DNA of 64,000 nt from an uncultured Clavibacter sp. (GCA_964430775.1 CAYSGG010000001.1:22162-86161), one strand, 5' to 3'. Positions 36,731 to 46,585 are shown, counted from the stretch's first letter. The notes: generated by a model not told the origin, from the letters alone. Program-made: numbers and translations.

Positions 36731-37032
36731 TTCAGCGGGAATTCCCTCATGACTCTCCGCTCGGCGATAAAGGATGCGACAGGCAGGGTTCCGGCCAAGA
36801 TAAAGAGGATCATGCGCTTGATGGTGAAGCGAGCCTTAGCGGTGAAGTGAATCGCTGCCAAAACATAGAAGGCGTAGACATAGCCGTGAACGAAGGGAAT
36901 CCATTTCACTTTCGACTCAAGCTCGGGGTTATCCAACAAGTACACAACAGGTAGCTCGACGAACCAGAGTAGAAGCGACATGATGCCAGCCGCGAAGGCC
37001 ATGAAGCGAAACCGCTTGATTACACCGTTCAT
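36727..37032 (-). CDS. DUF3817-like membrane protein
   Basis: 101 aa, 3 TM helices. FRFMAFAAGIMSLLL...VHGYVYAFYV pattern. Overlaps the prenyltransferase gene start. Confidence 0.6.
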   Translation of the reverse strand: MNGVIKRFRFMAFAAGIMSLLLWFVELPVVYLLDNPELESKVKWIPFVHGYVYAFYVLAAIHFTAKARFTIKRMILFILAGTLPVASFIAERRVMREFPLK

Positions 37033-37048
37033 CTAACGCTCCATCTCT

Positions 37049-37753
37049 CTACTGTTTCTGATCTGATCTTCTCAAACGTCTACCGTAGAACGGAAGAAAA
37101 AGTACTACTAAGGCCATGAGCCACCAAATAACAACATAAGAAATATGTTGCCAGTAATAACCGGGCACGGTCGGGCGGACTGGGTCGACCTCAACTCGCG
37201 AGAGTGTGAGCTCTCGACCTTCAACTTTCTCCGAGTCTGCGACCACATAGCCATCGAAGACAGGAAGATTGTAAGTGGCAAGAAGCAAAGAGGGATCTAG
37301 TCGACTCAACTGATCACCAGATTTGCCTGCTCGGTCTTCAAATTGTCGGACGAACAATCGGCCTTGAACGAATACCTCGCCTTTGGGAATCTCTGCCTGC
37401 TCTGAGCTACGCACTACAAGTATTGCGCCACCACCATTGACCTCAAGAAGACCTACCAACCAAGTGGCAGATTCTTTCTTGCGATCAACCTGTCTGGGTG
37501 CATCGAACTGCGCAACATAACGACCAGAGAAGGTAACGATGCGATTGATTGCGCTATCTGAAAGATTTGAGGAGGGACGGGCAACTTCACTCAGCGCAAT
37601 GACTGGTTGTTCAACATAGGGCTTTTGAAGTTCTTTGAAATCTGCTGCTCTATCAAGTTGCCAGATTCCTAATCGGATAAAGGCGCCACAGAGAATGAGT
37701 ACGACTAACCCAAAACCAATTTTCTGATATGGATTGCCTTTACTTTGTTTCAT
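37049..37753 (-). CDS. SURF1 family (cytochrome oxidase assembly) protein
   Basis: N- and C-terminal TM helices. RLGIWQLDRA motif. Confidence 0.7.
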   Translation of the reverse strand: MKQSKGNPYQKIGFGLVVLILCGAFIRLGIWQLDRAADFKELQKPYVEQPVIALSEVARPSSNLSDSAINRIVTFSGRYVAQFDAPRQVDRKKESATWLVGLLEVNGGGAILVVRSSEQAEIPKGEVFVQGRLFVRQFEDRAGKSGDQLSRLDPSLLLATYNLPVFDGYVVADSEKVEGRELTLSRVEVDPVRPTVPGYYWQHISYVVIWWLMALVVLFLPFYGRRLRRSDQKQ

Positions 37754-37883
37754 CGTTGATACGACGCTCGTCCATTCGCTTCCAACGCTTATAGAAACTG
37801 CGGAGCAAAATCAGCATTGCGACAGTTAGAAAGATCATGGTCATTGAGCCAGCAATACCAGCGTCGTACACGGGTTGTTCCAT
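37740..37883 (-). CDS. small membrane protein (hypothetical)
   Basis: 47 codons from ATG 37883 (MEQPVYDAGIAGSMTMIFLTVAMLILLRSFYKRWKRM...). The longer 99-aa ORF would overlap the divergent DUF4307-like gene. Confidence 0.3.
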   Translation of the reverse strand: MEQPVYDAGIAGSMTMIFLTVAMLILLRSFYKRWKRMDERRINDETK

Positions 37884-37897
37884 GACATGATTCTGCC

Positions 37898-38317
37898 ATG
37901 AGCGCCAACTTCTCCCATCTCCCAGCAGAGACACAGGCGATGTTGGCCGATAGATATGGCATAAAAGAGCGGAAATCATGGCGATTAATTGCCATCCTGG
38001 TTGCACTGATTGGTCTGCCCTGGCTCTTCTGGAGCGCATGGCATCACTCCAATCCGGAGATTCGAGTAACTCTCGTTAGCTTTCAGAATGAAAAAGCTGA
38101 TTCCATCGATATCACCTACCTGGTACAAAGACGAGATCCGTCAACAGTCCTTAGCTGCACTTTGCTCGCTCGTGATTACGACAAAAACGTTGTGGGCGAG
38201 ATTGAAGACCGCGTTCCTGCCTCCGCAGATTCCGAAGTAACAATTACCACCACTATCCCTGCCCGTGTAACGCCAGTTAATGCGGCGGTCCTCGAGTGCC
38301 GTGCAGTTCAGCAATGA
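37898..38317 (+). CDS. DUF4307-like membrane-anchored protein
   Basis: 139 aa, one TM helix (WRLIAILVALIGLPWLFW), directly upstream of greA as in other actinobacteria. Confidence 0.6.
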   Translation: MSANFSHLPAETQAMLADRYGIKERKSWRLIAILVALIGLPWLFWSAWHHSNPEIRVTLVSFQNEKADSIDITYLVQRRDPSTVLSCTLLARDYDKNVVGEIEDRVPASADSEVTITTTIPARVTPVNAAVLECRAVQQ

Positions 38318-38329
38318 AGAAAGTACTCT

Positions 38330-38812
38330 GTGACCCTCATGAGTAAGACCTGGTTGACACAAGAAGCAGCAGATCGATTATCTGCTGAGTTAGCGCATCT
38401 GGAAACTACGGGCCGTTCTGAAATCATTAAGAAAATTGAATCTGCTCGCGCAGAAGGCGATCTAAAAGAGAACGGTGGCTACCACGCTGCTCGAGAAGAA
38501 CAAGGAAAGATTGAAGCGCGCATTCGTCAGCTCAAGCACATGTTGGAAAATGCCGAGATTGGCACTCCCCCTGCAAGTGAGGATGGCGTGATTGCCCCAG
38601 GTATGAAAGTGACTGTTGAGATCATGGGAGACGAGATGCAGTTTCTCCTGGGCTCTCGCGAAATTTCCTCTGGAGATCTCGATGTTTATAGCGAGAAGTC
38701 TCCCCTTGGGTCTGCGGTCATGGGAGCGAAAGTCGGAGATGAGAAGTCCTACACCGCACCAAATGGAAAGACGATCGCAGTCAAAGTATTAAAGGCCGAG
38801 GTTTACAGCTAA
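38330..38812 (+). CDS. greA: transcription elongation factor GreA
   Basis: TWLTQEAADRLSAEL...EGDLKENGGYHAAREEQ coiled-coil N-terminus. 160 aa. GTG 38330 (alternative ATG 38339). Confidence 0.9.
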   Translation: MTLMSKTWLTQEAADRLSAELAHLETTGRSEIIKKIESARAEGDLKENGGYHAAREEQGKIEARIRQLKHMLENAEIGTPPASEDGVIAPGMKVTVEIMGDEMQFLLGSREISSGDLDVYSEKSPLGSAVMGAKVGDEKSYTAPNGKTIAVKVLKAEVYS

Positions 38813-38824
38813 ATCTAGTAAGTC

Positions 38825-39625
38825 TTACTTTGAAGCAGTATTGATGTACTTGCGAACGCTCAGTGGAATGAAAATCGCCATAATCACGACCATGTAAATC
38901 AATGACATCTCAAGGGGATTCTGGCTGGGCCAGGAATTCGCAGTCACTCCGAAGATGTTCTGTAATCCGAATAGTTCACGGCAACCGGCAACCATGGTCG
39001 AGACCGGATTCCATTCGGCGAAGTACTGCAGCGCCTTTGGCATTCCTGTGGTTGGTGCAAATGCATTGGAGAGGAATGTCAGCGGGAAGACAGCGATGAA
39101 GACTGCTGCGTTAGCAACTCGAGCAGATCGCACTGAGAGTCCGATAAGAACTCCTACCCATGACATCGCAAAGCCAAACAACAGTAAGAACGCAAAGCCG
39201 AGTACGACATTGAGAAAACCTGAGGAAGGTCTCCAACCAACGAGAAATCCAGCAAGTCCCATGACGGCCAAAACAACAATATTGAGCGCGCTATCACCAA
39301 GTGCGCGTCCGAAAACCACTGCAGAACGTGAGATAGGAAGTGAGCGGAAGCGATCAATGAGGCCCTTCTGCATATCTTCAGCGAGACCTACTGCGGTACC
39401 TGCGAGAGTGAATGCGACTGTCTGAACGAAGATTCCTGGCATCAAAAGTTGTACGTAATCAACGCCTGGGATTCCAGTAGAGATCGATCCACCAAAGACA
39501 TATCTAAAGAGCAACACAAACATAACTGGCTGGATAGTCGAGAAGATCAACACCTCAGGTACACGAATGAGTTGAAGTAATTGGCGCTTTGTTACGACGA
39601 GAGAGTCAGAGATTGCGTATTTCAT
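38825..39625 (-). CDS. ABC-2 type transporter permease
   Basis: 266 aa, 6 TM helices. Overlaps the ATPase gene stop (DrrB-like arrangement). Confidence 0.8.
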   Translation of the reverse strand: MKYAISDSLVVTKRQLLQLIRVPEVLIFSTIQPVMFVLLFRYVFGGSISTGIPGVDYVQLLMPGIFVQTVAFTLAGTAVGLAEDMQKGLIDRFRSLPISRSAVVFGRALGDSALNIVVLAVMGLAGFLVGWRPSSGFLNVVLGFAFLLLFGFAMSWVGVLIGLSVRSARVANAAVFIAVFPLTFLSNAFAPTTGMPKALQYFAEWNPVSTMVAGCRELFGLQNIFGVTANSWPSQNPLEMSLIYMVVIMAIFIPLSVRKYINTASK

Positions 39626-40617
39626 TTCTTCTTCCTCTTTCGAGCACGTGGGTCGACAACTTCTTCTTCCTTTTTATCTTCTGCGGCATGGCCGGTAAGT
39701 GAGATAAAGACATCATCCAATGAGGGGCGCTTCAAACCAATATCGAGCGGATGAATACCGGCTTCATCGAGCGATCGGGCCGCTTCAATCAGCGCCTTGG
39801 ACCCAGTCGTGACAGGCGCAGAAACTTGGCGCGCATTCTCCTCAACGAGCGCTTTTCCACCGCTAATTTTTTCGACAATCTCCGTTACTTTCTTAAGATC
39901 CTGAGATTCAGCAACGATCTCTAGCCGCTCGCCACCAACTTGGCGCTTGAGTTCATCGGAAGACCCACGAGCAATAACTTCACCGTTATCGATTACTGCA
40001 ATGTCATCTGCTAATTGATCAGCTTCTTCAAGGTATTGCGTAGTAAGTAGCAGCGTTGTTCCATCTTTCACTAGACCTTCAATGACTCCCCACATCTCTT
40101 GGCGACCACGAGGGTCAAGACCAGTCGTGGGTTCGTCAAGGAAGAGAATCTTTGGTCTAACAATCAGCGATGCTGCAAGATCAAGGCGACGGCGCATGCC
40201 GCCGGAATAAGTGCGGATTGGACGCTTTGCTGCATCGGTCAGCGAGAATTGTTCGAGTAATTCTTCAGCACGCTTCTTCGAAGCAGATGGAGAGAGGTGA
40301 TACAAACGACTGAACATCACCAAGTTATCCCACCCAGTCAGAGTTTCATCGACTGCAGCATATTGACCTGATAGCCCAATAACTTCGCGGACTTGATCAG
40401 GATTCTTGATTACATCAATACCCGCGACAGTTGCATGTCCTGAATCAGGTGTGAGAAGAGTCGCAAGGATTCTGACAGTTGTGGTTTTTCCTGCACCATT
40501 AGGTCCAAGCACGCCTAAAACTGTGCCTTCTTCGACATCTAGGCTCAGATTATTGAGAGCTTTTACTTTTCCCTTGTCATATGTTTTAACGAGATTCTCT
40601 GCAATGACGCTCTTCAC
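39622..40617 (-). CDS. ABC transporter ATP-binding protein (DrrA-like)
   Basis: Walker A GPNGAGKTT, signature YSGGMRRRL, Walker B ILFLDEPT. Lys-rich C-terminal tail. Confidence 0.88.
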   Translation of the reverse strand: MKSVIAENLVKTYDKGKVKALNNLSLDVEEGTVLGVLGPNGAGKTTTVRILATLLTPDSGHATVAGIDVIKNPDQVREVIGLSGQYAAVDETLTGWDNLVMFSRLYHLSPSASKKRAEELLEQFSLTDAAKRPIRTYSGGMRRRLDLAASLIVRPKILFLDEPTTGLDPRGRQEMWGVIEGLVKDGTTLLLTTQYLEEADQLADDIAVIDNGEVIARGSSDELKRQVGGERLEIVAESQDLKKVTEIVEKISGGKALVEENARQVSAPVTTGSKALIEAARSLDEAGIHPLDIGLKRPSLDDVFISLTGHAAEDKKEEEVVDPRARKRKKK

Positions 40618-40670
40618 GTTCCCAATGGTAGTAACCTAGAGTCTCTAATCAAAATTTACGTTAGGAAATT

Positions 40671-42281
40671 ATGCTGGGACGCCAAAAAGTAGACCATTCC
40701 AAGCCGCTCACACATCGCGAGATTCTCATCATTATGAGCAGCCTTATGACTGGAATGTTACTTGCGGCCCTCGATCAAACCATCGTATCTACTGCGCTCA
40801 AGAGCATCGTCGAAGATTTCAATGGCCTAAATCATTACTCATGGGTTGTGACTGCTTATCTGTTGACATCAACAGCATCGACACCACTCTACGGAAAAAT
40901 CTCCGATCTCTATGGCCGGCGTCCGGTTTATCAATTTTCAATCATTGTCTTCTTGCTTGGCTCATTCCTCGCTGGTGCATCAACATCGATGGAGCAACTC
41001 ATCATCACTCGTGCGATTCAAGGTATTGGTGCGGGCGGTTTGATGGGTCTCACATTTGTCATTGTTGGTGACATCGTCTCTCCTCGCGATCGCGGTAAGT
41101 ATCAGGGACTCTTTGGCGCAGTCTGGGGAGTCTCCTCTGTAGCTGGCCCACTTCTTGGTGGTTTCTTCTCTGATCGCGAAACAATTCTGGGAATCACGGG
41201 TTGGCGCTGGATTTTCTACATCAATCTCCCCTTTGGATTACTTGCCATGATTGTCACTGCGATGGTTCTACATATCCCCAAAACAAAGCGCGAACATAAG
41301 ATTGATTTTCTTGGGGCGATCCTGATGGTCTCAGCCGTAGTTTCATTGCTCGTAGGGCTATCAGTCCTGGGGCCAGAAAATGGTTGGAGCGACAATCGCA
41401 CTATTGCTGCACTTCTTGCGGGAGCAATCTTGGCCACGCTCTTTGTTTTTTGGGAGTTCAAAGCGACAGAGCCAATTCTTCCCATGACGCTCTTCAAGAA
41501 TCGCACCTTCACTCTGACTTCCATCATTGGATTTATTATTGGAGCCGGCATGTTCGGTGCGATCATCATGTTGCCGCTCTATCTTCAAATCATCCAAGGT
41601 AACTCAGCAACGTCGGCGGGACTTAAGTTGATTCCATTGATGCTCGGAATCTTGGTATTTACCGTCACCAGCGGTCGCATGATCACTAAGACTGGAAAAT
41701 ACAAGCGTTATCCCGTTGTCGGAACCGTGATTATGAGCCTTGGCATCTTCTTGATGAGTACTGCGAAAGTTGATACTCCGTACTGGCAAATCGCGATATT
41801 CGCAGTCATCGTCGGTGGCGGACTGGGATTGTGTATGCAGACCATTGTTATTGCTCTGCAGAATGCGGTTGATTTCAAGGATCTTGGCATCGCAACCTCG
41901 TCCAACACTTTCTTCCGCACGCTAGGTGGAGCATTTGGAACCGCAATCTTTGGCACGATTCTCAGCGATCGATTAACCCAGAACTTGAAGAGTGAATTCA
42001 GCGCTCTTGGCACAACTAATCCCGATCAATTAGGAGCGCTGGATCCATCCTTAGTTGAAACCTTGGCAAATAACACCCAAGTTATTACAACTCTCCCCGT
42101 TCAAGTACAAACAGCAGTGCTGGAGGCATTCTCGAGTTCTTTCCATACTGTCTTCTTGGCAGCATTCCCTGTTGTAGCGCTCGCTTTCTTCTTTGCTATC
42201 GCATTGGAAGAGAAGCCCCTGCAAGATAGCGCCGGCCATGCCAATGCGCGGCAGGATGCTGCTGGAGAGGCGCTGGGATAA
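40671..42281 (+). CDS. MFS transporter, DHA2 (14-TMS, EmrB/QacA-like) family
   Basis: 536 aa. [29 protein letters not shown] motifs. Confidence 0.82.
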   Translation: MLGRQKVDHSKPLTHREILIIMSSLMTGMLLAALDQTIVSTALKSIVEDFNGLNHYSWVVTAYLLTSTASTPLYGKISDLYGRRPVYQFSIIVFLLGSFLAGASTSMEQLIITRAIQGIGAGGLMGLTFVIVGDIVSPRDRGKYQGLFGAVWGVSSVAGPLLGGFFSDRETILGITGWRWIFYINLPFGLLAMIVTAMVLHIPKTKREHKIDFLGAILMVSAVVSLLVGLSVLGPENGWSDNRTIAALLAGAILATLFVFWEFKATEPILPMTLFKNRTFTLTSIIGFIIGAGMFGAIIMLPLYLQIIQGNSATSAGLKLIPLMLGILVFTVTSGRMITKTGKYKRYPVVGTVIMSLGIFLMSTAKVDTPYWQIAIFAVIVGGGLGLCMQTIVIALQNAVDFKDLGIATSSNTFFRTLGGAFGTAIFGTILSDRLTQNLKSEFSALGTTNPDQLGALDPSLVETLANNTQVITTLPVQVQTAVLEAFSSSFHTVFLAAFPVVALAFFFAIALEEKPLQDSAGHANARQDAAGEALG

Positions 42282-42433
42282 ACATTCGCATTAACTCTCC
42301 CTTCAAGGGACTTCCAAAAGAGGTCTCAGTACTCACCGCAATCTCATTTCTCGTTGCGGTCGGATTCGGTCTGATTATTCCGGCCATTCCAATCTTCGCT
42401 AAGACTTTCGGGGTCTCGAATACTCTGATCGGA

Positions 42434-43504
42434 TTGATCATCTCCTCTTTTGCAATCATGCGCTTTGTCTCAGGGCTCTTCTCAGGAAAGTTAGTCGATC
42501 GTTTCGGTGAACGCGTTGTCCTGGGATTTGGTCTCTTCATGGTCTCCATTTTCACTCTCCTTGCGGGGCTCTCGCAGAACTACGAACAACTACTGATTTT
42601 TCGCACAGCAGGTGGACTTGGTTCGTCAATGTTCTCAGTCTCTGCAGGAGCGCTGATTTTGCGAGTGGTATCCGATAACCAACGTGGACGAGCTCAATCA
42701 CTGTATAACGGTGGATTTATCGCTGGAGGAGTCGCCGGTCCAGCATTTGGCGGCGCACTCATCGCGCTCTCACCGCGAGCTCCATTCTTTATCTACTCTG
42801 GTTTACTCATCGCTGCTGGAACAGTCTCTTTGATCTATCTACATGAGAGCCGCCTTGGAGCCAAAGTTGAAGCGCAGAAAGAAGAGCGCGCCTTAACTAT
42901 CAAGGAAGCGCTACAGATTAAGCCTTATCTTTACTCGCTCTTTTTAGCATTTCTCGGCAGTTGGATTCTCTTTGGCATGCGCTCTTCGATCTTGCCGCTC
43001 TTTGTCGTCGAAGATCTCGGTGCTAGCGCATCAATTGTGGGATTGAGTTTTACGATCGCGCTCATCGCACAAGGGTCAGTGATGGTGCGCGCTGGTAAGT
43101 ACTCTGATAAAAATGGTCGTAAGCCCGTTATCTTGACTGGCTTCACGATTGTGATGCTCGCACTCGCAATTCTGATGTTCTCTACAAATGTTGCCATGTA
43201 TTTACTTGCCATGATCGTGATGGGGCTCGGCGCAGGCTTTGCGGCCTCAGCTGGCGCCATCGTTGGAGATGTTATTAAGGGTAAGAGTGGAAAGGTTTAT
43301 GCCTTCTGGCAAATGGCAGGCGATGCAGGAATGATGGTGGGACCAGTTCTTTTGGGCTTCATCTCTGATTACTTCTCGTATCGCACCGCTATTGCTGTGA
43401 GCGCTGCGGTCTTTTCGCTTGCAATTATTGTGGCAATAAGAATCCCCGAGACAAATACTGCTCGCCTCGGGGACTCTGGTAAACCTCAGTTAAATGAGGG
43501 GTAA
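42434..43504 (+). CDS. MFS transporter (12-TMS type); true N-terminus probably upstream of the ORF-track start
   Basis: GKLVDRFGER motif. The same frame stays open and encodes an MFS TM1 from about 42284 (IRINSPFKGLPKEVSVLTAISFLVAVGFGLIIPAIPIFAKTFGVSNTLIG) with no ATG/GTG/TTG in it. Confidence 0.7.
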   Translation: MIISSFAIMRFVSGLFSGKLVDRFGERVVLGFGLFMVSIFTLLAGLSQNYEQLLIFRTAGGLGSSMFSVSAGALILRVVSDNQRGRAQSLYNGGFIAGGVAGPAFGGALIALSPRAPFFIYSGLLIAAGTVSLIYLHESRLGAKVEAQKEERALTIKEALQIKPYLYSLFLAFLGSWILFGMRSSILPLFVVEDLGASASIVGLSFTIALIAQGSVMVRAGKYSDKNGRKPVILTGFTIVMLALAILMFSTNVAMYLLAMIVMGLGAGFAASAGAIVGDVIKGKSGKVYAFWQMAGDAGMMVGPVLLGFISDYFSYRTAIAVSAAVFSLAIIVAIRIPETNTARLGDSGKPQLNEG

Positions 43505-43512
43505 TTCCTGAA

Positions 43513-44313
43513 CTAGTCGTTATTGCCGCGCAAGATTGCAAGCAAACGAAGAATTTCAAGATAGAGCCAGACCATTGTCATCAATAGTCCAAAGCCCGCA
43601 CGCCATGATTCCTCTTGTGGAACGCCTGCGCGAACGCCTTCTTCAATCTGATCAAAATCGAGAATTAAGAAGAAGGAAGCAATGGCAACTCCGGCAATCG
43701 CAAGAAGTGGACCAAAGCCACTCAGGCCATAAAGTCCCATTCCGCCACCAAGGCCGAAGAAAGATCCAATCAAGCTACCGAGAGCGAGAACGAAATAGCC
43801 GAGCGCTGCACCAAGGAGCATCCGTGTGAACTTTGGTGTCGCACGTAGTCGACCGCTCTTATAGAGGAAGAGCATTCCGACAAAAGCTGCGATTGTTGCA
43901 ACGATTGCTTGCTGCACAATGCCCGGATAGAAGAGTTCGTAAGTGTTGCTGATGATTCCGAGGACGAGACCTTGGCAGACCGCGTATGTCATATACACAG
44001 CTGGACGAATCGTCTTGCTAAAGACGCCAATCATTGCGGTGACTAATCCACCGATGAAACCTACGAGTAGTGCGCCGCCGCCGAGATTGAAGTACCAGGC
44101 TGCTGCGCCAACGAGAATGGAAGTTCCGAAGAGCATTCCGGTACGCGCGACGACATCATCCATGGTCATGCGACCAGTGCGAAGCGACGATGCAGCCGGA
44201 GCGTTAAATGTCTCTTCTAGATTATCTGGCGTTGCAACAGAGCCCATCGAGGCGTAACCACGACGTCTCTCTTGACCGAATGCCTTGCCCAATACTGGGT
44301 TCGAACTATTCAT
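43513..44313 (-). CDS. Bax inhibitor-1/YccA family membrane protein
   Basis: 266 aa, 7 TM helices. N-terminal NPVLGKAF start typical of actinobacterial BI-1-like proteins. Confidence 0.78.
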   Translation of the reverse strand: MNSSNPVLGKAFGQERRRGYASMGSVATPDNLEETFNAPAASSLRTGRMTMDDVVARTGMLFGTSILVGAAAWYFNLGGGALLVGFIGGLVTAMIGVFSKTIRPAVYMTYAVCQGLVLGIISNTYELFYPGIVQQAIVATIAAFVGMLFLYKSGRLRATPKFTRMLLGAALGYFVLALGSLIGSFFGLGGGMGLYGLSGFGPLLAIAGVAIASFFLILDFDQIEEGVRAGVPQEESWRAGFGLLMTMVWLYLEILRLLAILRGNND

Positions 44314-44350
44314 TGCTCTCCTTTAGTTGTCTGTTCTCTAGTACTGCGGG

Positions 44351-44423
44351 TGCCCCCGGTGGGGGTCGAACCCACACTTGGACGATTTTAAGTCGTCTGC
44401 CTCTGCCATTGGGCTACAGGGGC
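44351..44423 (-). tRNA. 73-nt class-I tRNA with anticodon UAA (nominally Leu; isotype uncertain)
   Basis: Reverse complement GCCCCTGTAGCCCAATGGCAGAGGCAGACGACTTAAAATCGTCCAAGTGTGGGTTCGACCCCCACCGGGGGCA. 7-bp acceptor stem, U8, A14, GG in the D loop, anticodon stem GACGA/TCGTC with loop CTTAAAA, 5-nt variable region, T arm GTGGG-TTCGACC-CCCAC, A73. Confidence 0.8.
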
Positions 44424-45175
44424 GTTCCTGCGTGGGCAAATCTACCTGCCTTTTTTACCACTGAATCCAATTGGGATCGCGTGAGCTTTCCGGTAAAAGT
44501 ATTCTGTTGGCTAGGGTGGTAACTCCCAATCACCAATCTAGTATTCCCATCACTTCCGCGAAACTTGAATTGGGCTCCGTGTCCGAACTTTGGGCGCTTT
44601 CTCGGCAATTCTTCATCTAGCTCGGCAAGAACATCGAGCGTTGCCTTCCATGCAATTGATCCCAGAGCTAGATAGGTACGCACGGTCGGGAAAAGTAACT
44701 CGAACTCACGCACCAACCACGGTTGGCAAGTAATCGCCTCTGACGGGAGAGGCTTATTGCCTGGAGGCGCACATCGAATCGCACATGCAATCCGCGTATC
44801 AATTAACTCTTGGCCATCGTTGCGCGCCGTGCTGGTTTCAATTCTTGCGAGTCCATTTCTGTAGAGAGATCGATACAGCCAATCCCCCGAACTATCACCG
44901 GTGAAGACTCTTCCGGTGCGGTTGGCGCCATGTGCACCGGGAGCAAGACCAATGATGAGTAACTTTGCATCACTCGGTCCAAATCCTGTGATGGGTTTAC
45001 CCCAATACTTCTCATTGAGGTAGGCCTTGCGCTTTGTAACTGCTACTTCTTCTCGCCAATTAACAAGCCGAGTGCACGCATCACATTTGGTTATCTCTTG
45101 ATCAAGAACTTTGAGAGAACGAATCTTGGGTGCAAGCCGCGCAGGATTAGTCGGCAAGAGACCAGGCCATTCCAT
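44414..45175 (-). CDS. uracil-DNA glycosylase, family 5 (UdgB-like, Fe-S)
   Basis: Motif GLAPGAHGANRTGRVFTGD, Cys cluster CDAC...C. ATG 45175 preferred over TTG 45202. The last 10 nt including the TAG stop overlap the tRNA 5' end. Confidence 0.75.
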   Translation of the reverse strand: MEWPGLLPTNPARLAPKIRSLKVLDQEITKCDACTRLVNWREEVAVTKRKAYLNEKYWGKPITGFGPSDAKLLIIGLAPGAHGANRTGRVFTGDSSGDWLYRSLYRNGLARIETSTARNDGQELIDTRIACAIRCAPPGNKPLPSEAITCQPWLVREFELLFPTVRTYLALGSIAWKATLDVLAELDEELPRKRPKFGHGAQFKFRGSDGNTRLVIGSYHPSQQNTFTGKLTRSQLDSVVKKAGRFAHAGTPL

Positions 45176-46061
45176 CAAGTATGTCTGACTCTGATGCGAC
45201 AAACTCTTGTGCGCGAGTGAACTCCATAATCCGCGATAAGACTAAGGATCCCGCCGCAATAACATCGACGCGACCAGGATGCATGTATGGAAGCGCAGAT
45301 AAGTCTTCACGGTTCATTGCCAAAAACCTATCGGCAATCTGATGTGTGGACTCAGTAGAGATTCGTGAGAGATGAATCGAATAACGGTCATATTGATCTA
45401 GCTCGAGTGCAGCTGCGGCAACTGTGGTTGCAGTACCGGCTACTGCGATGACGGTCTTTGCTTGAGTGATAGGAACAAGCGTGGCAGCTTCTCTGATCGC
45501 ATCATCGATATCTGCTTTTGCTTTCAAAACTTCACTCTCGCTGGGAGGAAGTGCTGTGAAGTGTCGCTCGCTCATTCGGACACAACCGATGTTCTGACTC
45601 TTGGCAGCTTCAACATCGCTGGATCCAAAGACAAACTCAGTTGAACCACCACCTATATCTATGACGAGATAGGGCGCTCCGAAACCCTTAAGTTCCTTTG
45701 TTGCTCCGAGGAAAGACAATCGCGCTTCTTCTTCACCACTTATGACTTCCGGTGCGACTCCAAGGAGCGCCTTAACGCCATCGACAAAGAGATCACGGTT
45801 GGTGGCATCACGTGTTGCGCTAGTGGCACAGAATCGGATTTTTTGAACGCCCCGTCGCGCTATTTCGTCGGCAAAGTGTGCAACTGCTTTAAGTGTTCGA
45901 TCTAGCGCGTCAGGGTGAAAAGCTTTTGTCTTATCAACTCCTTGACCCAGCCTTACGATCTCCATCGTGCGATAGATCTCGCGAAAGTTTTCGCCTTCAA
46001 TATCTGCAATCAGAAGTCGAATCGAGTTAGTTCCACAATCTATTGCTGCAACTCGTGTCAT
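45147..46061 (-). CDS. ppx: Ppx/GppA family phosphatase (exopolyphosphatase-like)
   Basis: AAIDCGTNSIRLLI, VIDIGGGSTEF actin-like ATPase motifs. 304 aa. Confidence 0.8.
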   Translation of the reverse strand: MTRVAAIDCGTNSIRLLIADIEGENFREIYRTMEIVRLGQGVDKTKAFHPDALDRTLKAVAHFADEIARRGVQKIRFCATSATRDATNRDLFVDGVKALLGVAPEVISGEEEARLSFLGATKELKGFGAPYLVIDIGGGSTEFVFGSSDVEAAKSQNIGCVRMSERHFTALPPSESEVLKAKADIDDAIREAATLVPITQAKTVIAVAGTATTVAAAALELDQYDRYSIHLSRISTESTHQIADRFLAMNREDLSALPYMHPGRVDVIAAGSLVLSRIMEFTRAQEFVASESDILDGMAWSLAD

Positions 46062-46585
46062 ACTTGATCACGATCACTTTCTTGTTGGCGTCGCTCAATG
46101 CAGTTTCCATTGAGCCACCACTGTGGCAATCGAGCCAGCGCCTCATCTCCTAGAGGATTGACGCCTTCGCCCGACGCTAAAGAGTGAGCGATAAGAGAAT
46201 GAAGGCACTTAACGCGATCGGGCATCCCGCCTGCTGAAATATCTGCAATCTCTGGAACATCAATTCCAAGCGCTGCGCGGGCCGCAAGATAATCATCATG
46301 GGCCGCTCGGTAAGAGCCAGCTAGCTCTGCATCGACTTGTAAACGTTCATTCATCTCTGACATCAACTCTGAGTTCTCGAGAGAGGAAATCTCTGAGGTG
46401 AGATTTGGACAGGTGGCGTAGAAAAAGGTTGGAAAAGGTGAACCATCACTTAATCGAGGAGGAGTCTCCACCACAGCAGGATTGCCACATGGACATCGAT
46501 AAGCAATGCCATGCACATCTCGGGGTGTGCGACCTAACTGAACCTCAATAGCTGTGAGATCAGATTGATTGGGTTTCTCGCTCAC
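46058..46585 (-). CDS. DUF501 domain protein
   Basis: CPCGNPAVVETPPRL...PFPTFFYATCP pattern. Conserved between the ftsB-like gene and ppx. Confidence 0.7.
   Translation of the reverse strand: MSEKPNQSDLTAIEVQLGRTPRDVHGIAYRCPCGNPAVVETPPRLSDGSPFPTFFYATCPNLTSEISSLENSELMSEMNERLQVDAELAGSYRAAHDDYLAARAALGIDVPEIADISAGGMPDRVKCLHSLIAHSLASGEGVNPLGDEALARLPQWWLNGNCIERRQQESDRDQV

Noticed and set aside
38825-44313. Efflux cluster (ABC-2 pair, two MFS, BI-1) flanked by a tRNA as a genomic island
   Set aside because: I saw no integrase, direct repeats of the tRNA 3' end, or obvious compositional shift by eye. I treat it as a synteny break with accessory-type cargo rather than a demonstrable mobile element.
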